This document shows, one piece after another, positions 27,148 through 37,103 of a stretch of DNA of 43,481 nucleotides (position 1 is its first letter; every line of letters begins with the position of its first letter). The translations under genes were made by a program, and so were the position numbers. Location: positions 1-43,481 of the forward strand of contig JALWWX010000194.1 in the NCBI GenBank assembly GCA_027078675.1, given 5' to 3'. The notes under the pieces were generated by a model that worked only from the letters and a program-made list of their open reading frames with translations, did no database searches and was not told where the DNA came from. This stretch comes from Aquificales bacterium. Its GTDB lineage: Bacteria; Aquificota; Aquificia; Aquificales; Aquificaceae.

Positions 27148-30126
27148 TCACCCTACCTTTTCTTCAGATTCCCTCTTTATAAACTTGAACTCACCGTTTT
27201 CAAGATCCACAAGCACTTCTTCTCCTTCCTTTATATCTCCCCTTATTATTCTATCCGCTAAGGGTGTTTCTATATACTTTTGAACGGTTCTCTTTAAAGG
27301 TCTTGCTCCGAAGGCGGGATCGTAACCCCTCGTAACGAGTTCTTTTTTTGCATTTTCCGTAAGTACTACCTTTATATTCCTTTCCGCAAGCCTTTTATTT
27401 ATATCCGCAATGATAAGATCTATGATCTGTGAAAGCTCTTTCATGGTTAAGGGTTTGAAGACAATAATTTCGTCAATTCTATTCAGAAACTCTGGTCTGA
27501 AGAAATGCTTTAACTCTTCCAAAACCCTCTCTTGGGCTTTATTGAACTCTATATTTACAATTTCTTCAGAAGCATCAACGGGTATATTGAGAAGATACTG
27601 GGAGCCTATATTTGATGTCATTATTATCACCGTGTTTCTGAAATCAACGGTCCTTCCATGGGAGTCGGTCAGCCTTCCATCATCAAGTACCTGTAGGAAG
27701 AGATCAAAGACTCTCGGGTGAGCCTTCTCAATTTCATCCAATAGTATAACTGAGTAAGGCTTTCTCCTTACAGCCTCAGTCAGTTTACCTCCTTCCTCGT
27801 ATCCCACATACCCAGGAGGCGCACCTATCAATTTTGCAACGCTGTGCTCTTCCTTAAACTCCGACATGTCAAGCCTTATAAGTGCATCTTCCGAGCCGAA
27901 TAGAAGCTCCGCCAAACTCTTTGAGAGTTCCGTTTTACCCACACCGGTGGGACCTAAGAACAGGAAACTGGCTATGGGTCTTTTCGGATCCTTAAGTCCT
28001 GCCCTTGCCCTCCTTATTGCCTCAGCCACCGCCTTTACCGCATGCTCCTGATCTATGACCCTTTTGTGCAGTTCATCTTCAAGGTGAAGCAACCTTTCCT
28101 TTTCCTCTTCCTTTAACCTTGAGAGGGGGATACCCGTCCACTCAGAGACCACCTTTGCCACATCATCCCATGTAACAACCATCTCTTGCATCTTCTGACT
28201 TTCCAAGGTCTTAAGTTCCTTTTCAAGGTTGACCTTTTCAATCTTGAGTTGGGCTTCCCTCTCATAATCGCCTTTCTCCGCAGCCTTTACTATCTCCGCA
28301 TCAAGTTCCTCTATCCTATCCTTTAAGGATTTTATCCTCAGATCTATACCAGAAGATTCTTTTAGTAGTTCCTCCCTTTTCTTTTCAAGATTTGCCTTTT
28401 CAATCTTTAACTGTGCTTCCCTTTCATAATTACCTTCAAGGTTCGCCTTCATTATCTCCTCTTCAAGATTCTTTATCTTTCTTTCTATCTCCTGTACTTC
28501 TGGTGAAGGACTGATTATAGAAAGTTTTTTCCTGGCTGATGCTTGATCAAGGGCATCAATAGCCTTGTCTGGTAGCTTTCTGAAGGTTACATATCTTTTT
28601 GTTAACTTAACCGCCGCCTCTATGGCTTCATCACTTATTTTTACCTTGTGATGCTGTTCAAGTTTACTTCTTAAACCTTTTAGTATTTCAATTGTGTCTT
28701 CTTCTGTTGGTTCATCCACATATATGGGTTGGAATCTCCTTTCAAGGGCGGGATCCTTTTCAATGTACTTCCTGTATTCATCAATGGTTGTAGCACCTAT
28801 TACCCTTATCTCACCCCTTGCCAGTGCAGGTTTCATCATGTTTGCAGCATCAACCGCTCCCTCCGCCTTACCTGCACCTACTACCGTATGTATCTCATCT
28901 ATGAAAAGTATTGTGTTATCTTTTTGCTTTACCTCATCAAGCAGGCTTTTCAGCCTTTCTTCAAATTCTCCTCTGTACTTTGATCCAGCAAGTAGGGAAC
29001 CCATATCTATACCTATGATCTCCTTATCCTGCAATTCGGGTGGTACCTCTTTTGCAACTATTCTCTGGGCAAGACCCTCCACTATTGCGGTTTTACCTAC
29101 ACCCGGATCTCCCACCAACACGGGATTATTCTTGGTCCTTCTCAAGAGTACCTCTATAACCTGATTTATCTCCTTTTCCCTTCCGAGTACGGGATCAAGT
29201 TTACCCTCCCTTGCCATCTGAGTCAGGTTAACCCCGAACCTCTCCAATGGAGACTTCTCTTCCTCTTTTAATTCTTGGGTTACATCCTTCATACCCTTTT
29301 CACCTCCTAAGGCTTGATTTATTAACCTACCCCCCACCGTATCCTTAGCCTCTATAAGCGAGGCTGATATGTGGGAGGGTAGTACTTGGCTTTCCCCTTC
29401 AGAAACCGCCTTCTCTTGAGCATTTTCCATAACCTTTATCAGGTTCTCGCTGTAATCAAAGGCGGGTTTTTTACCGAAGACCTTTTCACCTATCAGATCC
29501 GTAATCCTCTCCTTTGATATACCAATCTCCTTCGCCTGTTCCGCCAAGGACGATTTCTCAACCGCCCTTCTTATGAGTCCGTCTATGGAGAGTCTATTAT
29601 TAATGAAATCCTCAACATCCTTTTTATCAAATACGGATAAAAGACTCCTTTCCACGCTTTCAATCTGTCTTCTGTAATTGGATTCAACCGCCTCCAGCTG
29701 TCTCAGTTCCATCCTAAGTCTTTCCGCGCTCCATATATCTCCATATATCCTTGCCCTTTCTATCTCCCTCTCTAATTCCGCCTTTGCTTTTCTTATCTTA
29801 TTAAGCTCATATTGAATGTTGCCTATATCCGACTTTATCTGCATTATCTTGCTTCTTAGATCAATGAGATGTTTTGCTTCCTGATCCACAGCTTTTTTAA
29901 TTTGTTCCTCAAGATGATCAAGGTACTCTCTTACTTTCCTTATAAACTCTTCCCTCGGTATGCCTCTTTTTTCAATGTACTTTGATAGGGGAGAAGACTC
30001 GTCTGATATAAGGGCTAATAGCAGGTGATCCGTATCCACCTTTGAGCTGTTTCTTTGCCTTGCTATCTCCTTAGCCTTTTCTAAGTATTCCACTGATTTT
30101 GCGGACAATAAGTTTTCACTGAACAT
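27148..30126 (-). CDS. clpB: AAA+ disaggregase ClpB with an insertion in the N-domain
   Basis: There are two AAA modules (GDPGVGKTA; GPTGVGKTE) and a coiled-coil M-domain of ClpB length. No ClpP-docking IGF/LGF loop follows TSNIG. At 992 aa it is much longer than typical ClpB proteins, which as I recall are about 850-870 aa. Confidence 0.9.
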   Translation of the reverse strand: MFSENLLSAKSVEYLEKAKEIARQRNSSKVDTDHLLLALISDESSPLSKYIEKRGIPREEFIRKVREYLDHLEEQIKKAVDQEAKHLIDLRSKIMQIKSDIGNIQYELNKIRKAKAELEREIERARIYGDIWSAERLRMELRQLEAVESNYRRQIESVERSLLSVFDKKDVEDFINNRLSIDGLIRRAVEKSSLAEQAKEIGISKERITDLIGEKVFGKKPAFDYSENLIKVMENAQEKAVSEGESQVLPSHISASLIEAKDTVGGRLINQALGGEKGMKDVTQELKEEEKSPLERFGVNLTQMAREGKLDPVLGREKEINQVIEVLLRRTKNNPVLVGDPGVGKTAIVEGLAQRIVAKEVPPELQDKEIIGIDMGSLLAGSKYRGEFEERLKSLLDEVKQKDNTILFIDEIHTVVGAGKAEGAVDAANMMKPALARGEIRVIGATTIDEYRKYIEKDPALERRFQPIYVDEPTEEDTIEILKGLRSKLEQHHKVKISDEAIEAAVKLTKRYVTFRKLPDKAIDALDQASARKKLSIISPSPEVQEIERKIKNLEEEIMKANLEGNYEREAQLKIEKANLEKKREELLKESSGIDLRIKSLKDRIEELDAEIVKAAEKGDYEREAQLKIEKVNLEKELKTLESQKMQEMVVTWDDVAKVVSEWTGIPLSRLKEEEKERLLHLEDELHKRVIDQEHAVKAVAEAIRRARAGLKDPKRPIASFLFLGPTGVGKTELSKSLAELLFGSEDALIRLDMSEFKEEHSVAKLIGAPPGYVGYEEGGKLTEAVRRKPYSVILLDEIEKAHPRVFDLFLQVLDDGRLTDSHGRTVDFRNTVIIMTSNIGSQYLLNIPVDASEEIVNIEFNKAQERVLEELKHFFRPEFLNRIDEIIVFKPLTMKELSQIIDLIIADINKRLAERNIKVVLTENAKKELVTRGYDPAFGARPLKRTVQKYIETPLADRIIRGDIKEGEEVLVDLENGEFKFIKRESEEKVG

Positions 30127-30149
30127 CTTTACCCTCCTAAATAACTATT

Positions 30150-30178
30150 ATAATATTTTTTGAGTGTAATATTGTCAA
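30150..30178 (-). promoter_or_regulatory. Putative sigma-70-type promoter of clpB
   Basis: On the minus strand: TTGACA (30173-30178), a 17-nt spacer, TATTAT (30150-30155, overlapping a TATAAT at 30147-30152), then the GGAGGG SD 5 nt before the ATG at 30126. The -35 overlaps the trmFO stop codon. Confidence 0.45.
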
Positions 30179-31479
30179 CTTTTAATTTCTTTTACCCACC
30201 TCTCCATAGCTCTTATAGCCCTTTCCGCCATCAGTTTCTTTCTCATCTCCTTATCCTTTATTCTGTTCGGAAGGGGCGGTAGGAGACCGAAAACGGGATT
30301 CATGGGTTGTAGCTCCCCCTGTTTTTGTGTTATGTATCTTACCAGGGATCCGAGCATGGTTTCTTCTGGGGGAACAACAAGCTCCTTCCCTTTAAGCAGT
30401 CTTACAGCATTGATTCCTGCCAATATACCAGTTGCCGCGGAGGCTGTATAACCTTCAACGCCCGTTATCTGACCCGCAAAGAATATGTTCTCATACTTTC
30501 TCATGTTCAAAAAGGGTGTAAGCACCCTGTTGGATTGGATAAAGGTATTCCTGTGTATGGAACCGAGTCTTACAAAAACTGCGTTTCGTAGGCAGGGGAT
30601 AAGTCTTAAAACCCTCTTTTGCTCTTTGTAGGTCATCTTAGTTTGAAACCCGACAAGAGAAAGGAGTTTGCCCTCTTTATCTTCCTTCCTCAGCTGGACC
30701 ACCGCAAAGGGTTGCTTGCCGGAAGGGTCCTTAAGGCCAACTGGTTTCATGGGTCCAAACAGCAGGGTCTGATAGCCCCTTTTTGCCATTTCCTCAATAG
30801 GCAAACATCCTTCAAAATGTACTGCCTTCTCAAAATCTTTTGGTTCCACCTTCTCCGCCTTCAGAAGTTCTTCATAAAATCTTTTGTACTCTTCCTCTGT
30901 TAATACACAGTTGAAGTAATCGTCCCCTCCTTTTCCGTACCTTGATCCCCAGAAGCCCTTTGAATAATCAACCGAATCAGCTTCCACAATGGGAGATATG
31001 GCATCAAAAAAGTAAAGGTGGTCATAACCAACAAGTTTCTTTATATTCTCGGATAGGGCATCGGAGGTAAGGGGACCGGAAGCAACTATCACTATCTCAT
31101 CCTTAGGAATTTCCTTGACTTCTTCCCTTATCACTTCTATATTTGGGTGACTTTCTATTATTTCCGTTATCTTCCTTGCAAATATATTCCTGTCCACACC
31201 CAGGGCGTTGCCCGCAGGTACGGTTGACTCTTCCGCCACTTTTAAAACAAGGGAGTCAAGAAGTTTCATTTCCGCCTTTAAAAGACCTGCACCAGTTGTG
31301 GTTTCAATACTTCCCAGGGTGTTACTGCAAACAAGTTCCGCAAGCATATCTGTCTTGTGGGCAGGTGTCTTTACCTTGGGTCTCATCTCGTAAAGGATTA
31401 CCCTTATACCTTCCTGTGCTATTTTGTAGGACGCTTCTGATCCCGCTAATCCTCCGCCTATTACTATTATTCTCTCCAT
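30175..31479 (-). CDS. trmFO: Methylenetetrahydrofolate--tRNA-(uracil54-C5)-methyltransferase
   Basis: The FAD-binding motif IIVIGGGLAGSEASYKIA, HKTDMLAELVCSNTLG and FFAGQITGVEGY are present. Confidence 0.9.
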   Translation of the reverse strand: MERIIVIGGGLAGSEASYKIAQEGIRVILYEMRPKVKTPAHKTDMLAELVCSNTLGSIETTTGAGLLKAEMKLLDSLVLKVAEESTVPAGNALGVDRNIFARKITEIIESHPNIEVIREEVKEIPKDEIVIVASGPLTSDALSENIKKLVGYDHLYFFDAISPIVEADSVDYSKGFWGSRYGKGGDDYFNCVLTEEEYKRFYEELLKAEKVEPKDFEKAVHFEGCLPIEEMAKRGYQTLLFGPMKPVGLKDPSGKQPFAVVQLRKEDKEGKLLSLVGFQTKMTYKEQKRVLRLIPCLRNAVFVRLGSIHRNTFIQSNRVLTPFLNMRKYENIFFAGQITGVEGYTASAATGILAGINAVRLLKGKELVVPPEETMLGSLVRYITQKQGELQPMNPVFGLLPPLPNRIKDKEMRKKLMAERAIRAMERWVKEIKS

Positions 31480-31973
31480 GGGAGATTTCCCATTATACTT
31501 TCAAGAATATTTTCATAGCTTTCAGAAGCATTTATTCTGAGGTGAGCTTGCCTGTAAACTAAGTTTCTTTTATCAAAAAGATCTTTCAATTCCTTTTCTC
31601 CGAGCCTTAAAAGGGGCCTGTTTCCGTCCTTTGAACACCTCCTTTTAAACTCTTCAAAATCCACATCAAGCCATACAACCAATCCTCTTTCCTTCATCAA
31701 TTTTAAGGCTTCCGGATTAGCTCCCAATCCTCCCCCCGTTGCAACCACCATATCTTCATTTTTATCAATTACCTCCTCAAGAGTCTCCCTTTCCAGTTTC
31801 CTGAAGTAAGGTTCACCCTTATACTTAAAGATGTCACTTATCTTCATCCCTTCCTTCCTTTCAATTAATTCATCAATATCTATGAATTTCCATCTGAGCC
31901 TTTCCGCAAGCAGTTTACCGATAGTTGTCTTTCCGCTTCCCATGAACCCTATAAGAAATATCCTTTTTCCCAT
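31467..31973 (-). CDS. aroK: Shikimate kinase
   Basis: IFLIGFMGSGKTTIGKLLAERL (P-loop), FRKLERETLEEV and VVATGGG are present. Confidence 0.9.
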   Translation of the reverse strand: MGKRIFLIGFMGSGKTTIGKLLAERLRWKFIDIDELIERKEGMKISDIFKYKGEPYFRKLERETLEEVIDKNEDMVVATGGGLGANPEALKLMKERGLVVWLDVDFEEFKRRCSKDGNRPLLRLGEKELKDLFDKRNLVYRQAHLRINASESYENILESIMGNLPWRE

Positions 31974-31994
31974 GAATATAATAAAAAATATAGT

Positions 31995-32543
31995 ATGGTA
32001 AGGTATACAGGCATCTTTATAATCTCCGTTATATTATGTGCCTTAGGATGCGGTGTTGCCTCTAAGGAAGAGGGTTTCGTTTTGAAAAGTCAGGCTTTTG
32101 CGGACGGCGATTATATACCCGTTAAATATGCGTGCATTGATGAACCCGGCGGTCAAAACATATCTCCACCCCTCTCATGGGAAAATCCTCCGTCCGGCAC
32201 GAAGAGTTATGTGTTGTTTGTTCATGATCCCGATGCATCAAGCGGTGATTACATACACTGGGTTGTTTACGATATCCCCGCAAGTTATAAGGGTTTGGCT
32301 GAAGGGATATCTGGTAAAGACAACAATATAAAGGAAGGGCTTAATGATGATGGTACAATAGGCTACACGGGACCGTGTCCTCCCCCGGATGATCCTCCAC
32401 ACAATTATGTATTTGAACTCTACGCCTTGAGCAAGGATACCCTCGGTCTTAGTGAAGGTGCTACATGGAATGAGGTAAGATCAGCTATGGAATCAAGTGT
32501 ACTTTCCAAGGCAAGGCTAACGGGTAAGTATCAAGCCAAATAA
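31995..32543 (+). CDS. YbhB/YbcL-family PEBP (Raf-kinase-inhibitor-like) protein, exported
   Basis: An N-terminal hydrophobic signal ends in ALGC. The PEBP motifs FVHDPDA, YIHWVVYDIP and GPCPPPDDPPHNYVFELYAL follow. Confidence 0.85.
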   Translation: MVRYTGIFIISVILCALGCGVASKEEGFVLKSQAFADGDYIPVKYACIDEPGGQNISPPLSWENPPSGTKSYVLFVHDPDASSGDYIHWVVYDIPASYKGLAEGISGKDNNIKEGLNDDGTIGYTGPCPPPDDPPHNYVFELYALSKDTLGLSEGATWNEVRSAMESSVLSKARLTGKYQAK

Positions 32544-33598
32544 TCTTCCCTTTCTATTACCGCTCCCCCCAGTAATATATCACCATCATAGAAGGCAACT
32601 ATCTGTCCAGGAGTTATACCCCTTACCTTATCTCCGAATATAACTTCATAACCTCCATCCTTTTCCTTTATATCTTTTACAGGGGCTGGCTTGCTTCTGT
32701 ATCTTATCTGGGCTTGAACATCCTTCCAATTTTCCTTAGGTACTATAAAGTTTATGTCCTTTACGAACAGTCTATCACCGTAAAGAAACTCCTCTTCCGC
32801 AACAAAGAGGGTGTTGGTTTCTGGATCAATATCAATAACATAAAGGGGAGACTTCCATGAGATTCCCAATCCCCTTCTCTGTCCTATTGTGTAATGGAAC
32901 AAACCCCTATGTTCACCCAATGTCTTACCGGATATATGCACGATCTTACCTTTTCTGCTTCCCACCTTTTCTTCCAAGAACTCTCCCGGACTCTTTCCCA
33001 TAAGAAAGCACAGCTCTTGGGATTCCCTTTTATCCGAGACGGGAAGCTTATAATCTTCCGCTATTTTCCTCACCTCATCCTTTGTCATATTACCTAAGGG
33101 GAATTCAAGCAGGGGTACTATTTCGGACGGTATAAGAGCCATGAAGTATGTTTGGTCCTTTTTTCTATCCTTCGGTCTTTTTAAAACCGTACCGTACTCC
33201 TTTGTTTCCTCTTTAAGTATGTAATGACCCGTTGCCAATCTGTCTATATCCGCCACCTTATTAAGATAAAGGGCGAGGAAGGCTGTCTTAACATCCCTGT
33301 TGCATATAGCACACGCGTTGGGTGTTTTACCCTTTAAAGATTCGCTGATAAAGTAGTTTATAACCCTTTCTCCGAATATATCTTCCCAGCTGAGGGTTAT
33401 ATGAGGGATACCCAATATTTCGGACACCCTTACCGCATCCCTTACATCCTGAGGTGAACAGCATACATTTATACCCTCACATACTTCTTCCTTATGAAAT
33501 CTTAGGGTAACTCCAATTACTTCATGTCCCTTCTCCTTTAGCAAGAGGGCGGAAACACTGCTGTCAACACCTCCGCTCATTCCTACCGCTATCCTCAT
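32531..33598 (-). CDS. mnmA: tRNA 2-thiouridine(34) synthase
   Basis: The PP-loop MRIAVGMSGGVDSSVSALLL, TPNACAICN, LATGHY and DQTYFM are present. Confidence 0.93.
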   Translation of the reverse strand: MRIAVGMSGGVDSSVSALLLKEKGHEVIGVTLRFHKEEVCEGINVCCSPQDVRDAVRVSEILGIPHITLSWEDIFGERVINYFISESLKGKTPNACAICNRDVKTAFLALYLNKVADIDRLATGHYILKEETKEYGTVLKRPKDRKKDQTYFMALIPSEIVPLLEFPLGNMTKDEVRKIAEDYKLPVSDKRESQELCFLMGKSPGEFLEEKVGSRKGKIVHISGKTLGEHRGLFHYTIGQRRGLGISWKSPLYVIDIDPETNTLFVAEEEFLYGDRLFVKDINFIVPKENWKDVQAQIRYRSKPAPVKDIKEKDGGYEVIFGDKVRGITPGQIVAFYDGDILLGGAVIEREDYLA

Positions 33599-33626
33599 GG
33601 GATAATAAAATATAGGACAAAGTAAT

Positions 33627-34103
33627 ATGTATAGGGTAGGACTTGGAACAGATTCCCACTCCTTTGATGATAAAAAGCCCCTTTATCTCGGGGGTATCAG
33701 GATAGATTTTCCTAAGGGACTTGCGGGACACTCTGACGGTGATGTAGTCCTTCATGCCATTACGGATGCAATACTCGGTGCCATAGGTGATAGGGATATA
33801 GGAGAGATTTTCAGCGATAAGGATGATAGGTGGAAGGGAGAAAGGTCTTCCACCTTCCTGCGGGAAGCCTTAAGGAGGATGAAGGAAAAGGGTTATGAAG
33901 TGTGTAACATTGATTGTGTTATCATTGCGGATGAGCCGAAGATATCACCTTACAAGGACAGAATAAAAGAGAGTATAGGAAACATCATGGGGATAGATCC
34001 TTCCCTTATATCCTTGAAAGGTAAAAGACCTGAGGGTATAGTTGTTGAGGGTATTATGTGCCAGTGTGTTGTTCTTCTGAGGACTTGCAGTAATGAAGGT
34101 TGA
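33627..34103 (+). CDS. ispF: 2-C-methyl-D-erythritol 2,4-cyclodiphosphate synthase
   Basis: YRVGLGTDSHSF, GHSDGDVVLHAITDAILGA and the rest of the IspF core are present. Confidence 0.93.
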   Translation: MYRVGLGTDSHSFDDKKPLYLGGIRIDFPKGLAGHSDGDVVLHAITDAILGAIGDRDIGEIFSDKDDRWKGERSSTFLREALRRMKEKGYEVCNIDCVIIADEPKISPYKDRIKESIGNIMGIDPSLISLKGKRPEGIVVEGIMCQCVVLLRTCSNEG

Positions 34104-34845
34104 TCTTATACTTTCTGGCGGTGCTGCGAGGGGGATAGCCCACATAGGTGTCTTAAAGGCACTTGAAGATTTGGGTATAGATGTTGATGTTATAAGCTGT
34201 GTAAGTGCGGGAGCTATAGTGGGTGTATTCTATTCCGCTGGTTACAAACCAAAGGAAATGATGGGTTTACTTAAAGAGATAAACTGGTTTACCCTTTTGA
34301 GGCCAAAGATTCCGGGTCTTGGCTTTGTATCTTTCAGAAAGGCGGAAAGAAAACTTAGGGAACTTATAGATTTTGAAAAGTTAGAAGATCTTCCAAAAAG
34401 TATTTATATATGTAGCTTGGATATAAAGAGCGGTGAGACGCTTTATTTCAGTAAAGGTGAGCTTGTACCTATACTTTTGGGAAGCTGTGCCTTGCCTGGT
34501 ATATTTGAGCCGGTTGCTTACGGTAATTATTTGCTTGTTGATGGTGGTATAACGGATAACCTGCCCGTGAAACCTATTATAAAAAGTAAAAATAAAAAGG
34601 TCGGTGTTGAGGTGAACCCTTTATACTTTGAAAGGGAACCCACGAATGTAATAAGCATACTGATAAGAAGCTTTTTGCTTGCGGTAAGATCTAATGTTAA
34701 TAAAAGTAAGGATATGTGTGATATAGTCATAGAACCGGATTTAAGGGGCTACTCCTACTTAGATGTGGGTAGGATGGATGAGATTTATGAGATAGGATAC
34801 AGATCCGCTTATAAGATAATGGAAAATTATGTCAGAAAAAAATGA
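34093..34845 (+). CDS. Patatin-like phospholipase
   Basis: The oxyanion motif is LILSGGAARG. The nucleophile elbow reads CVSAG where GxSxG is expected. The catalytic Asp motif is LVDGGITDNLP. Confidence 0.8.
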   Translation: MKVDLILSGGAARGIAHIGVLKALEDLGIDVDVISCVSAGAIVGVFYSAGYKPKEMMGLLKEINWFTLLRPKIPGLGFVSFRKAERKLRELIDFEKLEDLPKSIYICSLDIKSGETLYFSKGELVPILLGSCALPGIFEPVAYGNYLLVDGGITDNLPVKPIIKSKNKKVGVEVNPLYFEREPTNVISILIRSFLLAVRSNVNKSKDMCDIVIEPDLRGYSYLDVGRMDEIYEIGYRSAYKIMENYVRKK

Positions 34846-36220
34846 CATTATTATAGATCCGTCGGAAAGTACTGGGAGTATTGTAAAAAAGATACTTAGG
34901 CTTGCCTATCCCGTAATACTGTCAAATCTTCTGTACACGGTGGAGAGCGCCTTCTCCATCATACTCGTTTCTGGTCTTGGCGAGTCGGAAGTTGCCGCTG
35001 TGGGTTTCAGCGCAAGTCTCCTGTGGTTTATATACTCACTAATGGCTCTCTCCTACACGGGGACATCCGTACTCGTTGCACAAAAAACAGGGGCGGGTGA
35101 GAAGGTTGAAGGTATTGTCGGTTTGGGACTGATAGTATCCTTTATCATAGCCTTGCCTCTTACCTTCTTCGGAAAGGATCTCGTCCTTTTCATTCAAAGT
35201 ATGATGGGCGCTTCTGATAGGGTTTTAGAGCTTTCAGGTCAGTATCTTGAACCCATATTTCTTTTTATAACCGTAGGGTTCCTTACAAATACCATCTACG
35301 GTGCATTAAACGGAAGGGGTAATACAAAAACAACATTTAAGGTGGCAATTATCATAAATGTTGTAAATATAACCACCTCATACCTACTTATCTACGGAAA
35401 TATGGGATTTCCTCAGATGGGTGTTAAGGGTGCGGGTGTAGGTATAGTCCTCTCTGAAATTGTGGGATTTCTCATTTACCTTTATCTGCTTGTTATTTTA
35501 AAAAGACCCTTTACCATAGGTTTTAGTATAAAGACTCAGGACATTTTAAGCTTTTTCCGTATAGGCTTTCCTACCATGATAGAAAGGGTTTTAACAACCC
35601 TTTCCTTTAATATATTTGTAGGTCTTCTCGCCCCTTTCGGCGATCACATACTCGCAGCCCATCAGATAGGTTTGAGGATAGAGAGTGTATCTTTCATGGT
35701 AGGTTTCGGCTTTATGGTTGCATCTTCCATAATAGCTGGGCAGAACTTCGGTGCAAAGAATTTCTACGGAGTTAAAAAGGGTGTGTTTATAACTGCGGTA
35801 CTTTCCTCCCTTTTTATGGGATTGCTGGGTATTGTGTTTATAATTTTTCCCGATATACTCGCCCTTCCCTTTACACGGGATCCGGATATTATAAGGTACG
35901 CAAGCTATTATCTTATAATAGTCGGCATATCCCAGATACCCCTTTCCCTTGCCTTTATATTTTCTGGAGGTCTTAAAGGGATGGGAAAGACCCATATACC
36001 GCTTTTTATAAATATACTGTCTTTCTGGCTCTTCAGGATAGCCCCTTCTTATTTAATTCTTAAGATCATTTACTCACCATTAGTACCCTGGATAATGATG
36101 ACTATTGAGACCTTTCTGAGATGTTTTATGTTTTTTTTATTTTTCAAAAGATACACATCCTCGCCGGAATATAATACTTACCATGAGAAAGAAGATTCGC
36201 ATAGGAACGCGGAAGAGTAA
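34829..36220 (+). CDS. MATE-family efflux transporter
   Basis: 463 aa with about 12 predicted TM helices arranged as a two-fold repeat. The N-terminus is [19 protein letters not shown]. Confidence 0.85.
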   Translation: MSEKNDIIIDPSESTGSIVKKILRLAYPVILSNLLYTVESAFSIILVSGLGESEVAAVGFSASLLWFIYSLMALSYTGTSVLVAQKTGAGEKVEGIVGLGLIVSFIIALPLTFFGKDLVLFIQSMMGASDRVLELSGQYLEPIFLFITVGFLTNTIYGALNGRGNTKTTFKVAIIINVVNITTSYLLIYGNMGFPQMGVKGAGVGIVLSEIVGFLIYLYLLVILKRPFTIGFSIKTQDILSFFRIGFPTMIERVLTTLSFNIFVGLLAPFGDHILAAHQIGLRIESVSFMVGFGFMVASSIIAGQNFGAKNFYGVKKGVFITAVLSSLFMGLLGIVFIIFPDILALPFTRDPDIIRYASYYLIIVGISQIPLSLAFIFSGGLKGMGKTHIPLFINILSFWLFRIAPSYLILKIIYSPLVPWIMMTIETFLRCFMFFLFFKRYTSSPEYNTYHEKEDSHRNAEE

Positions 36221-37103
36221 ACTTGCCCTCTGGCAGGCAAATTATGTTAAAGAGGCAATAGAAAAAAGACACGGTATTGAGGTTGAGCTTGTAAAAATTA
36301 CTACAACAGGGGACAAGATACTTGACTCACCCCTTGCAAAAATAGGGGGAAAGGGGCTTTTTGTTAAAGAGATAGAAGAGGCCCTTTTAAGGGGAGACAT
36401 TGACCTTGCGGTTCACTCACTTAAGGATATGCCCGTTGTACTACCGAAGGGTTTAAAGATAGGATCGGTTACAAAAAGGGAAGATCCCTACGATGTTTTG
36501 ATTTCAAGAAACGGTAAGGGTTTGATGGAGATGGAAAAAGGCAGTACTATAGGTACGTCATCCTTGAGAAGGGGTGTGCAGATTAAGAGGTTAAGAAGGG
36601 ATCTTAATGTGAAGGTGCTTAGGGGTAATGTGGATACGAGGATGAGAAAGCTTGATGAAGGTTTGTATGATGCAATAGTTCTTGCCAAGGCGGGTGTAAA
36701 GAGGATGGGATATCTTGATAGGGTAACGGAAGTGCTTGATTATCTTATACCCGCGGTAGGTCAGGGTAGCCTTGCGTTAGAGATAAGGGAAGACGATAAA
36801 GAGATAGAGGAGATAATAGGATTTTTAAACGATGAGGAAAGTATGATATCCGCCTTTTGTGAAAGGGCTTTCCTTAGAGAGCTTGAAGGAGGATGTCAGG
36901 TTCCGATGGGCGCTCACTGTGTTGTGGAAAACGGAAAGGTAAGGATAAGGGGATTTGTCTCTGACCTTGAGGGTGAAAGGTTTATAGAGGGTGAGGAGGA
37001 AGGAAGCAGGGAAGAGGCGGAGATAGTAGGTATGAGGCTTGCCAGATATATACTTGATAGTGGCGGAAAGGAAATTCTTGACGAAATATACAAATCAAGG
37101 TAG
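36183..37103 (+). CDS. hemC: Hydroxymethylbilane synthase (porphobilinogen deaminase)
   Basis: [43 protein letters not shown] and the cofactor Cys in LEGGCQVP are present. Confidence 0.93.
   Translation: MRKKIRIGTRKSKLALWQANYVKEAIEKRHGIEVELVKITTTGDKILDSPLAKIGGKGLFVKEIEEALLRGDIDLAVHSLKDMPVVLPKGLKIGSVTKREDPYDVLISRNGKGLMEMEKGSTIGTSSLRRGVQIKRLRRDLNVKVLRGNVDTRMRKLDEGLYDAIVLAKAGVKRMGYLDRVTEVLDYLIPAVGQGSLALEIREDDKEIEEIIGFLNDEESMISAFCERAFLRELEGGCQVPMGAHCVVENGKVRIRGFVSDLEGERFIEGEEEGSREEAEIVGMRLARYILDSGGKEILDEIYKSR

Noticed and set aside
28222-28434. A direct nucleotide and peptide repeat inside clpB (GNYEREAQLKIEKANLE and GDYEREAQLKIEKVNLE), considered as a possible repeat element or recombination scar.
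   Set aside because: The two copies correspond to the two helical motifs of the ClpB middle domain, which are inherently similar. Both are in frame and sit within a normal-length M-domain. I mention them under the ClpB finding, not as a separate element.
30127-30180. A CIRCE/HrcA operator upstream of clpB. The promoter spacer contains TTACACTC.
   Set aside because: There is no inverted-repeat partner (GAGTGCTAA-like) at the 9-nt spacing. Only a partial half-site match is present.
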